This document shows, in pieces, positions 43,804 through 62,737 of a stretch of 64,000 nucleotides of DNA; the first letter of the stretch is position 1, and each line of letters begins with the position of its first letter. The position numbers and the translations under genes were made by a program. A model generated the notes under the pieces. The model worked only from the letters and a program-made list of their open reading frames with translations, searched no databases and was not told the origin of the DNA. Source of the DNA: the human T2T-CHM13v2.0 reference genome, Homo sapiens; assembly GCF_009914755.1 (NCBI RefSeq), contig NC_060932.1, one strand, 5' to 3'.

Positions 43804-44105
43804 TATATATATATATTTTTTGAGACAGGGTCTCACTCTGTCCCCCAGGCTGGAGTGCAGTGGTGCCATCACCGCTCACTGTAGCCTCTACCTCTCCGGT
43901 CTCGGGTGATCCTTCCACCTCAGCTTCTCGAGTAGCTGGGACTACAGGCATGTGCCAACACTCCCAGCTAATTTTTGTATTTTTTGTATAGAGTCGAGGT
44001 CTCACCATGTTGCCCAGGCTGGTCTCGAACTTGTGGGCTCAAGCAGTTTGCCCACCTTGGCCTCACAACGTGTTGGAATTACAGGTGTGAGCCACCATAC
44101 ACACT
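43804..44105 (-). mobile_element. AluJ with (TA)n tail
   Basis: Dimer with J-type features. Confidence 0.92.
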
Positions 44106-46859
44106 CAGGTGCTCACAATCATTTTTAAAAGACAGATTTGTGTGTAGTTGGTCTTATTTTCCCAGGATATGGCACATATGTTGGTGGGCTTTGGATCAAG
44201 CCTAACATCTGAGAAGATGGTAAGATGAATTTGATTTACATTTCTAGAAACTGATTTTTTTCCCCTCAACTGATAAGTTAGCTGACAAAGGGGAAGGAAA
44301 CAGGTCAAGTATAGTTTGATACCAAATTACCCTCATTATATTAAAAGAATAAAGTGATGACTTGAGCTCATGTAGATCAAAGAGAGAATGTATTGTGACT
44401 GTATTCTTGTTGTGGACATTGTTTGACCACAGCGTCGTGAGGAAACTGGAGCTGACGTAGCTGATTGACCCACATGAATGTGGAAGTCGGGTTCTCCCCA
44501 AAACATGCTCAGTCAGGACCAGGCCACAGAAGTGAGGCTAACCTGGGCTTCTCACCTGAGAATAGTAACATCGTAGTAATGAAGGCTGATGAAGCAATAG
44601 AAACAGGTGTTCATCAGATATTTTCCTAGAGATCTCCGGATCTCAGCCCACCAAGGCAATATGATCATGTCAAAGTGATTCTGCCTCCCCTTCCCACGAT
44701 CATGATGCAACTTTTGTTTGTTTGCTTCTTATTTACTGAAGTAGTTAAATTTTCAATTTCCTCAGGAAATTATGCAAAACCTCATTTCCTGTAAAAAACA
44801 CATCCCAGAGATTCAGATTTTACATCAAAAGTAAATATAAGGGATTGAGATTACTATCTATATTTTGAGCTGAGTCAAAAATTGTCAAAGAATGTGATTA
44901 AGTATGGCTATTTAAAATAAAGTAACAATTATAGAATACGTCTTACTTCATGGACTTTGGAATGCAAATACACCAGAATACAAGGACACTCATTTTTTTC
45001 CCTTTGTTTTGCTTTTTTCCTCTCTCTCTCTTTTTTTCTGGCAGTATGCAACTAGCTGAACAGTTCTATAAATAGAAGGAAGTATCATCATTTTAGGAAA
45101 TATAATAGAGATAAATATGGAACAATAGGAGACAGATAGGAACACGTGGGCAGTCCTGTGTCTGCCATTAGCTATTCATGAAGTTCTGGGATTCCCAAAT
45201 ACACATCTAACAGTGATAGTCATACAGCTCAGAGGGAATCAGGAGACATCCTGGAGAAATAATTGTCTATGAGAAATTGCCAACACCTAAGTATAAATTA
45301 AATATAATCTTGACTAAGCGTTCCCTGTCATTAATCATTGTGCAACGTCGCTCCCATGACCTCCGGGCAGCATTAAACTCCAGGAAACATTCCTGGCTCT
45401 GTTCTAAAGACGTTGTGTCTGGGCCAGGAGAATGTGGGAAATAGCTTCTGCCCAGAGGATGGGGGTGGGTCTGGTATTCGACCCACCCCTCGACCCCTTC
45501 AAGCCCCAGGAAGGCAGACATTTCCACAGTCTCTGGGTCTAAAGATGACTAAGTCACGGGAGTAGTTTCTCATGCTGTTTCAGTGCTATCAGCTCACAAG
45601 GAATCTGCAAAAACCACAGAGACAATTCCCTCTGGAAATGAGGCCCAGGCAGTCTGAATGGAGAACCAGAGACTGAAGAATCCTGAACGAATATCCAGAA
45701 ATCATAATGTTATCTGCTTTGAAAGTAGTATTCCACTCACAGCTTTAGTTTACAGGGAGTATTCACAGACAATTCAGGGACCTCCAAGGATTCAGAATTA
45801 TATACCATGGCAAGATTGTACACTTTACATCAGGGACAAAATGGTGCTAAAGTCCAAGCCCAAGCGTTCTCCCTTTCGGTGCACACTGAGTGATTTCATG
45901 TTCTCTCTTATTTTGCCACCCACTGAGGGAAGCGGTTAATTTAAAAATATGAGGTTACTCCCCAGTCACAACCACTGCACTGGTTTCCTGCCGGGCCATG
46001 CTTCAGGCGTTGGGTGCTCACACGACCTTGACCAATACAAAACTAAATCAGCCAAGACTCGAACACAAGACCTGAATTTTGGCTCTTGTTTAAACCTCAG
46101 AATCTGACCCTCTCTCCACGTGGCTCCTGACTATCTTGTCCTGCCCTGCAGTGCGTGATATTATTTTTGTGCACTCTGCTCTCTTTGCCTTGCTTTGGCT
46201 GCTGCCCTATCTGGTAGAGACCTAGGGTTGGCTTTCACTCAGTTCCATTCCAAAGCTGGAACAGGAGGAAAACAAGCTAGTTGCAAACCGTTCAGATGGC
46301 CTAGTCCAGGTTTAAAAACATTGCATCATGCACTCCTGTGGATGCAGGGCCAGCCATCTAATCCTATTCTCTACCAACAGTTGGTGAGGGCTGGAAGTTG
46401 GCCAGTAAGCCGGTCATGTGTCCTGGGGCCAAGGATTGCATTGGATTGTTTTGTTTTCCATGAAGGGAGTTGGTTCCAGGAAACTCAGTAGTGAGGAAAG
46501 CAGGGAAACGTTGCAAATATGCAGAATCTGAAGTGGTTGAGCCTGAAAAGGGGCATCCACACCAAGGTGGCAGAGACGGCACTGAAGCACTGTCACAAGA
46601 GCTGCAGATCTGAGGCCAGACGATGGCAAAAGGCAGTTCCATGGGTTAAAAAAAGAAATGTGTGAAAAGTGCTTTAGGAAAAGTTTTTGTGGATAAGCAC
46701 TCAAAAAATGGTAGCTGTAAGGTTAATGTTTAAAGTAAGAGAGTTCTAGACCGTTCTTCTGTCTTTGTAATCATGCTCCTTTGAAAAACCGTATTTTTTT
46801 TCTGCCTACCTAGTTTCCACGTTAGGACAGGGTATTTCCCCATTAGGATTAAAACAAGC

Positions 46860-47040
46860 GTTTTAGAGTTGGATTGCCTGGATTTGAGTTTCAGCGCTGC
46901 CATTTGCCAGCTATCTGACCTTGGTCAAGGTAACCTGTTTGAGTCTCACTTTCCTAAGGTGATAGAACGCACCTCCTAGGGAAGTTGTAAAGTTTCAATG
47001 AGATACTTGGTGACAAGCCTTTTTCACAGTGACAGGTATT
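46860..47040 (+). mobile_element. MIR
   Basis: TGCCTGGATTTGAG..CTGCCATTTGCCAGCT..TGACCTTGGTCAAG. Confidence 0.7.
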
Positions 47041-47079
47041 ATTATTTTTGAATATTTCTTGTTTCTACTCTTGAATTTC

Positions 47080-47232
47080 CTTTTTCATTTTTTTGTTATT
47101 TAAAAAAAATGGTAGAGATGGGGGTCTCACCATGTTGCCCAGGCTGCTCTCAAACTCCAGGGCTCCAGTGATTCTCCTACCTTAACCTCCCAAAGTGTTG
47201 AGACTGCAGACATGAGCCACCACGCCCAGCCA
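47080..47232 (-). mobile_element. FLAM / Alu left monomer
   Basis: Single monomer with a T-rich tail. Confidence 0.8.
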
Positions 47233-47408
47233 ATCTTTCCCCTTTTATAAGAGTGAAATAATATATGTTAAATATCTAGCGTAGTTCTATATGAATATTA
47301 GCAGTCGTTATTATTATTATTAGCAGTAGTAACGGTCGTAGTCGTAGTAGTATATTTGGCATAGCTTGCCTCAGATTACTCAGAGAGTTCACGACAAAGC
47401 TGAAGTTA

Positions 47409-47761
<353 letters not shown>

Positions 47762-47954
47762 AAAGATGGTACCAAAATGCCATCTACCTTTACTCAATGA
47801 AATCAGTTCCTGTTCCTGTTTATTTTAGATAGCATTTAGCAGGAATTCTCAAAGACTTTGACTTCTCCACTGGAGTATCTCCAGGCCGCAGTGCAAATTC
47901 CTAGGAGACGCTTCTCACTCCAGGTTTGGAGTATTCCCTTAAATATATTTGCAT

Positions 47955-48252
47955 GAATGAAACTGGAGGTAATTACCTTACATGAAAGAAATTGGAAACA
48001 AATCCAAATACCCTATGTTCTCACTTATAAGTGGGAGCTAAATGGACATGTGGACATAGTGAGTGGAGTAATAGACATTGGGAACCCAGAAAGGTAGGAG
48101 GGTTGGCGGGGGGTGCTGAGGGATGAGAAATTATCTAATAAGGACAATGTACACTATTTGAGTGATGATTATACCAGAAGTCCTGACTTCAACACTATAC
48201 AATATATCCGTGTCACAAAACTGTGCTTGTATCCTCTAAAGCTATAAAAAAG
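47955..48252 (+). mobile_element. L1PB-type 3' end fragment
   Basis: ATGTTCTCACTTATAAGTGGGAGCTAAA..GACTTCAACACTATACAATATATCC. Confidence 0.85.
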
Positions 48253-49393
48253 TGTACATATATTTACTGATTATATAAATATAAAAGACCATTCTTTTAT
48301 CACTTAACATTTTCACTTTAGCTTTAAATCTCCAGGTGGCTGCAATCGTTAAAGATCTGGCTTTTTAATATACAGGATGGGGAGCAATGGGTGACCAAAG
48401 TATGAATACTAACTCCTGTCAGTGGTCCACACTCTGGGTTTTCCCTGCGGGCCAAACACCACCCAGGGGGTGGCACTTGGAGAGGTAGAAAGGATTTAGA
48501 ACTCTGTTTTTAAAAAATATCTTACCACCTAAGAGATTCTTTAGGTTCCCGTGTTTCTAGCCTACTCGCTAATACCAGGGAAGCCTCCTAATCTTAGGCT
48601 TTCTGATGGAGGCAGGCGAGTCCAAGTCACCAGGAGAAGCAGATTCTTAAAGCTGCAAGTTGAAAGAGGCTCAGTGGTTATGTAAAACTGAGAGGGGAAT
48701 CTAGAATGAGTAACTATTTAAGTTGTTGTAAAATATGGATCACCTTTGAGAGTGAAAAGACAACTCTTAGTAAATATGCTTGTGACAGCCTTTGAAAATC
48801 GATGTAATTCACCATCAAAGAGAAAAAACATATGGCCCTCCCCATAAATGCAGAAAAAGTATTCGACAAAATTCAACATCCATTTATGATCAAAACTCTC
48901 AGCAAATCAGGAATAGAAGGAAATTTCCTCAATATCATAAAGAATATTATTAAAGAAAGTATGCTGATAATATCATACTTAATGGTGACATATTGAATAC
49001 TTTCTCCCTAAGATAAAAGATAAGGATGTCTGCTAGCACCTCTTCTATGCGAGGTTTTATTAGAGGTCCTAGCTGGTGCAATGAAGCCAGAAAAGAAAGA
49101 AAAGTCACAAAAATTGTAAAGGAAAAAAATAAGACAATTAAAATGGCAGACAATATTATTTGTGTATAAAACCTCAAGAAATCAACAAAACAGTTCGTGT
49201 ATTTAATAAGGTTGCAGGATACAAGGAGAATATACAAAAGTCATTTGTATTACTAAATACAAATAGTAGCAAACAATTAGAAAATAACAATTCCATTCAC
49301 AATAGCACCAAAACGAAAAAGTTTAGGAATAAATTTAACAAAAGCTATACCACTATGGTGAAAACCAAAACATTGCTGAGAAAAATTAAATAA

Positions 49394-49894
<501 letters not shown>

Positions 49895-50103
49895 GGGAAG
49901 GTATTTTCAATATGTTAATCGCCATAAGGGACTAGAGTCAGGGATATGTAATGGCCTTCTATATATCCAAAATAAGGACAAACAGTCCAATAAAAAAACA
50001 GGCAAAAGATGGAATAGATATTTTACAGAAGAAGATGTGTGAATGATCGATAAGCACACAAAAACATACTTAATTAACATCATTAATCATTGGGGATATG
50101 CAA

Positions 50104-50406
50104 TTTTTTTTTTGAGACAGTTTTGCTCTGTCATCTGGACTGGAGTGTAGTGGTATGATGACGGTTCCCTGCAGCCTCAACCTCCTAGGCTCAAGTGATT
50201 CTCCTGTCTCAGCCTCCTGAGTAGCTGGGACTACAAGCATGCACCACCATACCCAGCTAATTTTAAGATTTTTTTGTGTGTGTGTTTGTAGAGACTGGGT
50301 CTCATCGTGTTCCTCAGGCTGGTCTCAAACTCCTGGGCTCAAATAGTCCTCCTGTCTCGGACTCCCAAAATGCTGGGATTATAGGCATGAACCATCACCC
50401 TTGACC
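50104..50406 (-). mobile_element. AluJ
   Basis: Dimer; TSD GGGA(T/C)ATGCA. Confidence 0.92.
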
Positions 50407-50703
50407 AGGGACATGCAGATTGAAACTGTACTGAGATGCCACTTCACACACACTAGAATGGCTAACATTTAAAAGACTGATAACCACCAAATATTAGCTA
50501 AGATGTGGAGGAACTATGACTGTCATATATTGCTGGTAAGTGTATAAAATGAAACACTCATTTTGGAAATCTCTTTGGCAGGTTTTTGTTTTTTAGAGTT
50601 AAACCTATACCAATCTTATAATCCAGTGAGTTCACTCTTAGTTATATATCCAGGAGAAATCAAAGCTATGCCAATGGAAAGGCTGTGTAAGAATGTTTAT
50701 AGT

Positions 50704-51163
<460 letters not shown>

Positions 51164-51419
51164 TTATAAGAGTTCAAATGTATGAGTTCATTTATATGAA
51201 GTTCAAGATTTGGAAAGGATAATCTATGGTGATAGAAATCAGAATAGTAGTTACCTGTGTATGAGGGTGAGAGGGGTTTGAGGGGTGACAGTATGAGGAA
51301 ACCTGGGGTCATAGAAATGGAGTATATCTTGAGTTGTTGCTTATACAGGTGGATCTACTTGTCAAAACCTATAGAATTGTACTCTTAAGAGCTATAATTT
51401 TAACTATAAGTAACTTATA

Positions 51420-51572
51420 TTTTCAGAGAGTTGGGGTCTTGCTGTGTCACCCAGGCTAGAGTACAGGGGCATGATCACAGCTCACTGTAGCCTCGAACTC
51501 CTGGGCTCAAGGAATTCTCCCACCTCAGCCTCTCAAGTAGCTGGGACCATAGGCATCCTCCACTGCTCCCAA
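51420..51572 (-). mobile_element. FRAM / AluJ monomer
   Basis: Single monomer. Confidence 0.8.
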
Positions 51573-51609
51573 TTTGTAAGTTTTAACTTGATAAAAACTA
51601 CATGGAACC

Positions 51610-51931
<322 letters not shown>

Positions 51932-52723
51932 CTACATGGAATCAATATGTAAACCTGGGCAGTCCCAGGGAAACTGAGATATATTGTCACTTAAGTCTGG
52001 AGGTTTCCAGTGCAAGCTGGCAAAGTGACAAAGGAGTCCCTGTTTCTTAGGAAGAAGTAACGAAAAAACTAGCTGGTCATTGAGCAGAAAATAGCCTCCT
52101 TTCCTGATCCCCAAGTACAAAGAATGGAGACAGTGATTGAAGAGCTAACTGAAGCAGAAGACACTGATGACACAGGTCTGCTCTGACCTGGGTCTGCCCT
52201 GGAAACTATTTTCTCCGTTGTAATTGCAAAAACTAGAGGTCCCTAAACGCCTGACCATCTGGTCCCTGCTTGCCACTGGGACCCAGAGTGCTGGAAGGGC
52301 AGTTTTTTTCTGTCATATTGGCCCTGGGGCTGATTTTCTGGATCAGGAACTTTAGAAAGAGAGCTGGTGTATAATCCTGAAGCATCCGTATGCAGCCTTT
52401 TTCTCCGCTTGGATTTGTACTTGAAGGACTCTGTTTGCAAAGTGAGATTTCTGCTCAGCGGAGTTGTTTTTCTGAGAGACGCTGAATCAATGGCTTCTTT
52501 AACATGCTTTGATTACCTAATCTCTAGGCTGCATTTCAGCTTTTTCTTTAATTAAAGGATCCTTGGAGCTGAACAGAGAAAATCAAATCTCTTGAGAGCC
52601 TCAAAATTGGTTCACAGATGGAAAGAATATTTGGGAACTACCAAGTGCTAGTTCCCATTCTGGCATCATTCCTTATACAGAAGGGATAAACCAGAAAGTT
52701 GCTGGTGTTTCAACACCACATAG

Positions 52724-53126
<403 letters not shown>

Positions 53127-53199
53127 TAGTTTAATATTCCGAATAGGTTTTCCCTCATGGTTCTCCATCAAGGTTGAGGCTACCGTACCCTCCCTACCT

Positions 53200-53950
53200 T
53201 TCAGACTGGACACCTTGGACTCACTTTGATTCCTCACTCTTCCTTGCCCTCCGCAGATGATGATGGTCTCCAACTCCTGCAGAGGCTTCCTCTTTCAGGC
53301 CCAACACATCCATCCACGCTCATGCCCAGTAACACCTCCCCTGTTTAGACCATTTTTTCTTCTTCCCTAGACCATTGCAGTTGACCTGAACTGACTTCCT
53401 AACCTCTAGTCCCTGTCCCTGTCCAACCTATCCTGCAAAGGTATGTCCACTTATTTGACCCAATGTCCAGCTCAGATCACCAGATTTCCATATCACCACA
53501 TCTTCAGTGGGCTACCATCACTTATGGAATTAAGCACAAACTCTTCTCTGAATCAGTTTTCTCTACTCTGACTCTCCCCCACAGCTTCAGTTGCCTGATT
53601 TCCTGCCATGCTTTTTCAACTCTGGGCCTTGGCTAATAATATTTCTCTTTTTTGGAGTGTCTTTCGTCTCTGTCCATTTCATTCTTTAATGCTCATTCCA
53701 GTGCTAATTCCTTTACGAAGTCTTCCCTGAACTTCTAATTGGATGTGTTCTCTTCCTCCTCTAAGCGTCTTAGTACATTGGAAGAAAATCTTATGAACGT
53801 ACTTTCTGTCTTATAGTAAAGTCTACTTTTGTCTTATTTCCACTATTAGATTATAAACTCCTTGAAGGCCAGAGCCATGTTTGGCTTATCTTTGTAAGCC
53901 CGTCTATATTTTATACAGTACTTAACACATAGTAGTCCTTTAAAAACTAT
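53200..53950 (+). mobile_element. L2 remnant
   Basis: Pyrimidine-rich body ending AAACTCCTTGAAGGCCAGAGCCATGT..ACACATAGTAG. Confidence 0.6.
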
Positions 53951-54020
53951 GAGTTGACTTCAATTTAATTCCTACTACTTAAAATTTGTATTTATACTAC
54001 ATAGGTTAGGATTAGTGTTA

Positions 54021-54755
<735 letters not shown>

Positions 54756-55542
54756 AGCAGCACTGATGTTCCTTAATACTCTTCAACTTTAAAGCATCAT
54801 ATACTTGTCATGGCCCTCAGTTAAATAGGTGCTGTGCTACCTTAGGAAATAAAATATGGGAGGTGTAAGAGAGCTGTGGGTCTTAGGAATTGTCTGGGAA
54901 GCAGAATGAGCTGGAAGCTTAGTGGTGGTTAACGACCTGCCCTGTTGCCTGTGACTACTGCAGAGTTATCAACAACTCAACAACTTTGGAGTCATGACCA
55001 TTTTTCCTTTGGGGAACTGTCTACAAAATATTATTTTTGCTGTGTCTTAATATTTGATAAGGTTGTTCTTGCAAATGTCGGGCTTTCTAGGCATCACTGG
55101 AGGAACCTAGGAAAGAACATTTTTTTCTAAGGTTGAATGGGGTTTTAAAGGAAGAAGAGTTGGGTTTTATGATAGTAGGAGAAATTGAAATTCTTAAGGG
55201 AAAAGTAAATATCGATGGGTCAGAGGAATTTGGGGGAGTTGAGGTTGCTTTTACATTTCTCTCTCATTACCTAGAGATTTCCTTCTGGAACTCTTCTCGG
55301 ATAAAACTGTGATGTGTTTCATTACTGTTTTAAGCAAGAGAGCCAGTATCTGTCCAATATGCTCAATAAATATTCACTGATGAATTGCTAATAAATGCCC
55401 CTGACTATTTCAAATGGATTAGCTCTGCTTGATGTGAGAGCCATATGGAACTTCCATCTAAGATGACTTCTAGCCCTCCTGCAGTTCAGAGATGACCTGG
55501 AATTGCATTTGTTTTTTGTTTGTTTGTTTGATAAACCGTGAG

Positions 55543-55914
55543 TGTATGAGTCCATTCTCACGCTGCCAGTAAAGACATACCTGAGACTGGGTAATTTATA
55601 AATAAAAGAGGTTAATTGACTCCCAGTTTTGCATGGCTGGGGAGCCTCAGGAAACTTATGATCATGGCAGAAGGGGAAGCAAATATGTCCTTCTTCACAA
55701 GGCGGCAGGAGGGAGAATGAGAAACAAGTGAAGGGGGAAGCGCCTTATAAAACTGTCAGATCTCATGAGAACTTACCACAATCATGAGAATAGCATGGGG
55801 AAAACTGCCTCCATGACTCAATTACTTCCCACCAGGTCCGTACCATGACACATGGGGATTATGGGAATTACAATTCAAGATAGATTTAGTGGGGGACACA
55901 GCCAAACAGTATCA
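55543..55914 (-). mobile_element. THE1 (THE1B/C) MaLR solo LTR
   Basis: TAAAGACATACCTGAGACTGGGTAATTTATAAA..GGGGACACAGCCAAAC..ATCA; 5-bp TSD GTGAG/GTGGG. Confidence 0.93.
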
Positions 55915-56699
55915 GTGGGCTTCCAATATCTTTGATACCCCAGCCCTGGACCCCTTGACTGCACATTAGACACTTCATTTGGACATGAGTGGATCCTAAA
56001 TTTGATGAGAAAGGCTCTTCAGGTTATTTTTCATGTTTTCACAGGCCTTGAAGGTCACATGCTTATTTTATTCCTAATCTTCATCCAGTTTTTCCACTCC
56101 GTTGGTTTCCTCTTCTTCCATTGTGAAGAGCAGATTCTTAGGTAGGAGACCATTTAAGCCAATATGTTCATTGGAGCCTGTGAGGAATGCGGAACTCCTT
56201 TTAGTCCTTGGCAAGGAATGACCGTCCTAGGGAACAGAGCAGGAAGAGAAGAATCTGAGCCAGAGAGGCCACCTCTCCTCACTGTTTCTGGACAATGCTT
56301 CAGGATGTAGCCTTTGGGCTTCAGGAACCAAGTCCGGGTTTTAATCAGGACAGTGGTTCTGAAACAATTCTTTTCTAAGACAAGGTTTTCCCTGCCTCCA
56401 CGGGAAGAAGTCAATGCAGAGGAATTACTGTCAACTGGGTTTCTACCTTTCTGATTTAAGGCTGTGATTAACTTTTTGAAAGTAAACATAAACATAGTAA
56501 AAAAAAAAAAAAGAAAAGCTAGAATATATTGATAAACATTTTAAAATAAAAATTTAAATATTATAATGCAAAAATAGTATTATATACATATCAGGTAGAT
56601 CCTTCTAGATATTTTTGCCAAGCAAATATACACACACATATATTTAAAAAATATATTCATACTAATTGCTCAGCCATCTGGGTTTTGTTTTTCTTTTTT

Positions 56700-57004
56700 T
56701 ATTATTTATTCACTTGTTTGAGACAGTCTCACTTTGTCATCCAGGCCGGAGTGCAGTGGCACGATCCCAGATCACTGCAACCTCTACCTCCTGTGCTCAA
56801 GCGATTGTCTTGCTTCAGCCTTTCCAGTAGTTGGGACTGCAGGTGCATGCTATCATGCCCAGCTAATTTTTGTATTTTTTTTTTTGTAGGGGTGGGGTTT
56901 CACCATGTTTCCCAGGCTGATCTTGAACTCCTGAGCTCAAGCCATCTGTGCACCTTGACCTCCCAAAGTGCTGGGATTACCGGCATGGGCCACCGTGCCT
57001 GGCC
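56700..57004 (-). mobile_element. AluJb-like
   Basis: Dimer; TSD TGTTTTTCTTTTTT. Confidence 0.92.
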
Positions 57005-59327
57005 TGTTTTTCTTTTTTTAAAAACACATTACCTTGTGTAGTACTTCCCTGTCAATGAGTGTAGATATATATAAACATTTGCAGTGGCTTCATGAATATG
57101 ATTTTAGGAATGTTTTATGTTAAGTGGTATGTATCGTTGTTTCAGCATTGGGTTTGAATGAAGTTACAGTCATTAATATTAATTATTTTGCTTAATTTTG
57201 TTTTGCAATGAAGATTCAGGGTTCTTTTGGTGTAATATTCATATTAATATTTGGGGAAATAATTCTGACATTTGGCCTAAAATATTTTTTATGTAACCCA
57301 AATATTATGATGTATCATTCGGGGCCATGCTTTCTCTCATGAGTTTAGGTAACATTAGGCTCTAGCTGTTATTCTAGGTTGGAGGAGTTCAGAGTCCCAC
57401 CCTCCCCCCACAAATTCTACATTTTCCTTTCATTTTTCCCTGTTTTTATTTCTGATCCCATAGATTCTTCACTGTGTCACCTTAAGTCCGATTTGGATGT
57501 AAAGCCAAATGCAGAGCTTGCCTTTCTCTATTTCCCACAGGCAATGCAATCTCACTGTGTTTTGTGCTTAATTGAAGATCTGAGGTGTCATAGGGAAAAA
57601 CCCCATCATGTGTTATACGGCCTTTCTCATTTTCCAGATAAACACCTTCCCCACTGCATGCTGGCTCTGCCATCACCCCCACGCCCTGACCCCCAGATCA
57701 CACTGTTCCTCCATTGAGGAGCCACTCCATGTGGTGGGACAGTCTGTCCAGTGGGGCCCCCAGAATTCTGGTGAACAAAAATAGCACAGACATATAACTG
57801 TTTATTCATTTTGGTTTATTTGAATGGAATTGGCTACCTTTTGATGCTACCATTCAAATGGACTTATTCACTTAACATACAGTTATGGACCTATGGAGCA
57901 AAAAACAACCCCAAAGGATGAAGTCCAACCTCCTCATTTTGCAGAACAAGAAACCAGGGGCAATATTTCCAACCTCACTGGGATCTTTAGGACAGAGCCT
58001 TACTCAGAATTTCAAGTTTCTGGATTTTGATACCACTTCTTTGCATCATGAGACAAAATCAGGAGCCCTTTCCCCACCACAGAGAAAGAAGGAAGCCCCT
58101 GCAACTCCTAGCCCCATCTCTGGGTCAGCAGGATTCAGGACCAGAAGATACAGACAGAAAAGGTACAAAAAACATACAGATGCTTTAGGCTCTAAAGCAT
58201 CCAGGCTTAAAAAATAGGCAGAAATTAAAGGAGACGAGTTTTCAAAGAGCAGAGAAAGAGTGAACTATTAGCATTCAAACCACGAAATCTAACGTTACTG
58301 CTGTGACTCCTGCTTATCTCATAAATCTGCCTAAGCCTTTGTGACCAGAAGGATGACCTCAGTTTGGGGACCCTGGGCCTGAGATCCAAGATTTTGAAGA
58401 TTTGTTCCAGGAGTCGCCCTCTGACTCTTTATACAGTCCTTGGGAATTACCTTAACCTTTTTGTGAACTGACCCCTTTGTAAAGCAAGATAATATTACCT
58501 GCCTTCATACGATGCCTTTTAAAAATCTATGAGATTCCTGGGGGAGGGGGAAATGTTGTGTTTTAGTTTAGAGGGAAAAGTCATATTTTGCCCTTTCACC
58601 AACACTTAGATGATTATCTGAGATAAACAACGTAATTAAGTTTGTGTGTGTGTGTATGTGTGTATGTGTTTAATACTTTTCAGTTGAACAAAATGTAATC
58701 ATCCCATGAATGGTTTCACCTTGACTTTTGAAAATCTTTGTTTCATCTTGGGATGTTATAGCTCATATCTCATAGGAAAAACCAGCCTTGGAGAATAAAA
58801 TTTGAAATTATAGACAAATATTGCCATCTCTTGTAGAATGTGCCTGGAAATTCTCTTTTCTCTGTATGCATTATATGCATTATATTTTCTCTGTATGAAT
58901 ATAATATAATATAGAGTTCTTGCTGGCTACTGATATCTAGTCCCTTGAGTTAGGGTGCCAATAGCTTATTTGCAAGTCAGTTTGCTGATGGCTTCTAATT
59001 GTACAGCATCTGTTTTAATCTCTCTAGTGAGCTTTAAAATTGAATTCTAACTTCCTGCGGAGTCTCCACTTGAGTATTCCAAAGCCAAGTCCAACTAAAA
59101 ATGTCCCGAACAGAGCTCGTCATTATCTTCCCTGTCCTCCATACCAAGTTGTCCTCTGTCCCAGTTAGTCATCCAAGCCTGACATTCATTCCACACCATT
59201 CCCCTTCTGTCACCCAGCACTTTTGAGTAATTGGGAAATCTTATGACTATATCTGAAGTCTTTCTCCTTTTCTTTGCAGTATCATAGTTCTAATTCAGTC
59301 CCTTATAGCTTATCTGAACTACTGCTA

Positions 59328-60440
<1,113 letters not shown>

Positions 60441-60533
60441 CAAGGATAGGGAGTTTAGTGACCCAAAGGGTTTACCTGCCCATGGCTTCTCCCGGTGCAG
60501 CAGTACTTCCTCTGCGAAATTCATCTTCCCTCC

Positions 60534-60841
60534 TTTTTTTTTTTTTTTTTTTTTTTGACGGTGTCTCACTCTGTCATTTAGGCTGGAGTGCAGTGGTGCG
60601 ATCCTGGCTCACTGCAACCACTTCCTGAGTTCAAGCGATTCTCCTGCCTCAGCCTCCTGAGTAGCTGGGATTACAGGCACATGCCACAATGCTGGGCTAA
60701 TTTTCTTTTTTTTTGTATTTTTAGTAGAGACGGGGTTTCACCATGTTGGCCAGGCTGGCCTTGAACTGTGACCTCAGGTGATCCACCTGCCTCAGCCTCC
60801 CAAGATGTTGGAATTACAGACATGAACCAACACACCTGGCC
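60534..60841 (-). mobile_element. AluS
   Basis: Dimer with poly(T). Confidence 0.95.
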
Positions 60842-61190
60842 CCCTGCTACTTCCAGGGCAATCCTTCTATGGGGCAAATCTGGACCTGTCTCTCCTTGCT
60901 TAAAAACTTCAGCAGAATCTCTTTCCCTAGAGCCCCTTCATTTGTTACAAGATGCCATCTCTGAGGTGGCCCTGCCTCACCATCTTCGTTTCCCGCTTCT
61001 GTACCTTGTACTCCAAACCATCTGCAGGGGCCTGCCTGCACTTCCAGGAGGGATTATGATTTTGCCTCTTAGACAATGGTGTTTTATGTTTTCCTAGTTT
61101 GCTTGTGTGATACCTTGTTCCTGAAACTCTCTTTTCTGCTGATTTGCCCAATTGTTGGGAATTCTATTTGTACTACAATATCAGACATTT

Positions 61191-61380
61191 AACCGGGGAA
61201 GTGGAGGTTGCAGTGAGCCGAGATCACACCACTGCACTCCAGCCTGGGCAACAGAGCCAGACTCAATCTTAAAAAAAAAAAAAAAAAAAAAAAAGTAATG
61301 CTGTATCCTGAGTTGCAACCTGGAGCCCTGTGGACTGGGGAGGGATTTGGCTTAATTTAGATTCACAAAGACCCAGACTC
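61191..61380 (+). repeat. Inverted copy of 62354-62534 (Alu 3' end, tail and 86 bp of unique flank)
   Basis: 61295-61380 matches the reverse complement of 62354-62439 at 78/86 positions. Confidence 0.92.
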
Positions 61381-61559
61381 TGAGCATTCTTTAGAAGCTG
61401 GACTGGCCACCACCCGTGGGTACCCACTGTTCCTGGTGCACACCTGCCATAACAATCATTGCATCACATTAAAATGTGTCTGTTTCTTTTGGGACTGAAT
61501 ATAAGTTCCTCACTCCCCTCACCTGCAAGTACTTGGCACATTACTGGGCACAAAAAGTA

Positions 61560-62308
<749 letters not shown>

Positions 62309-62440
62309 TGGAAAGAATTCCATGAATGTCTGCTGCTCTGGTTTGTATGTGCGGAGTCTGGGTCTTCATGAATCTAAATGAAGCCAAATCCCTCCCCAGT
62401 CCACAGGGCTTTTGGTTGCAACTCAGAATATAGCATTACC

Positions 62441-62737
<297 letters not shown>
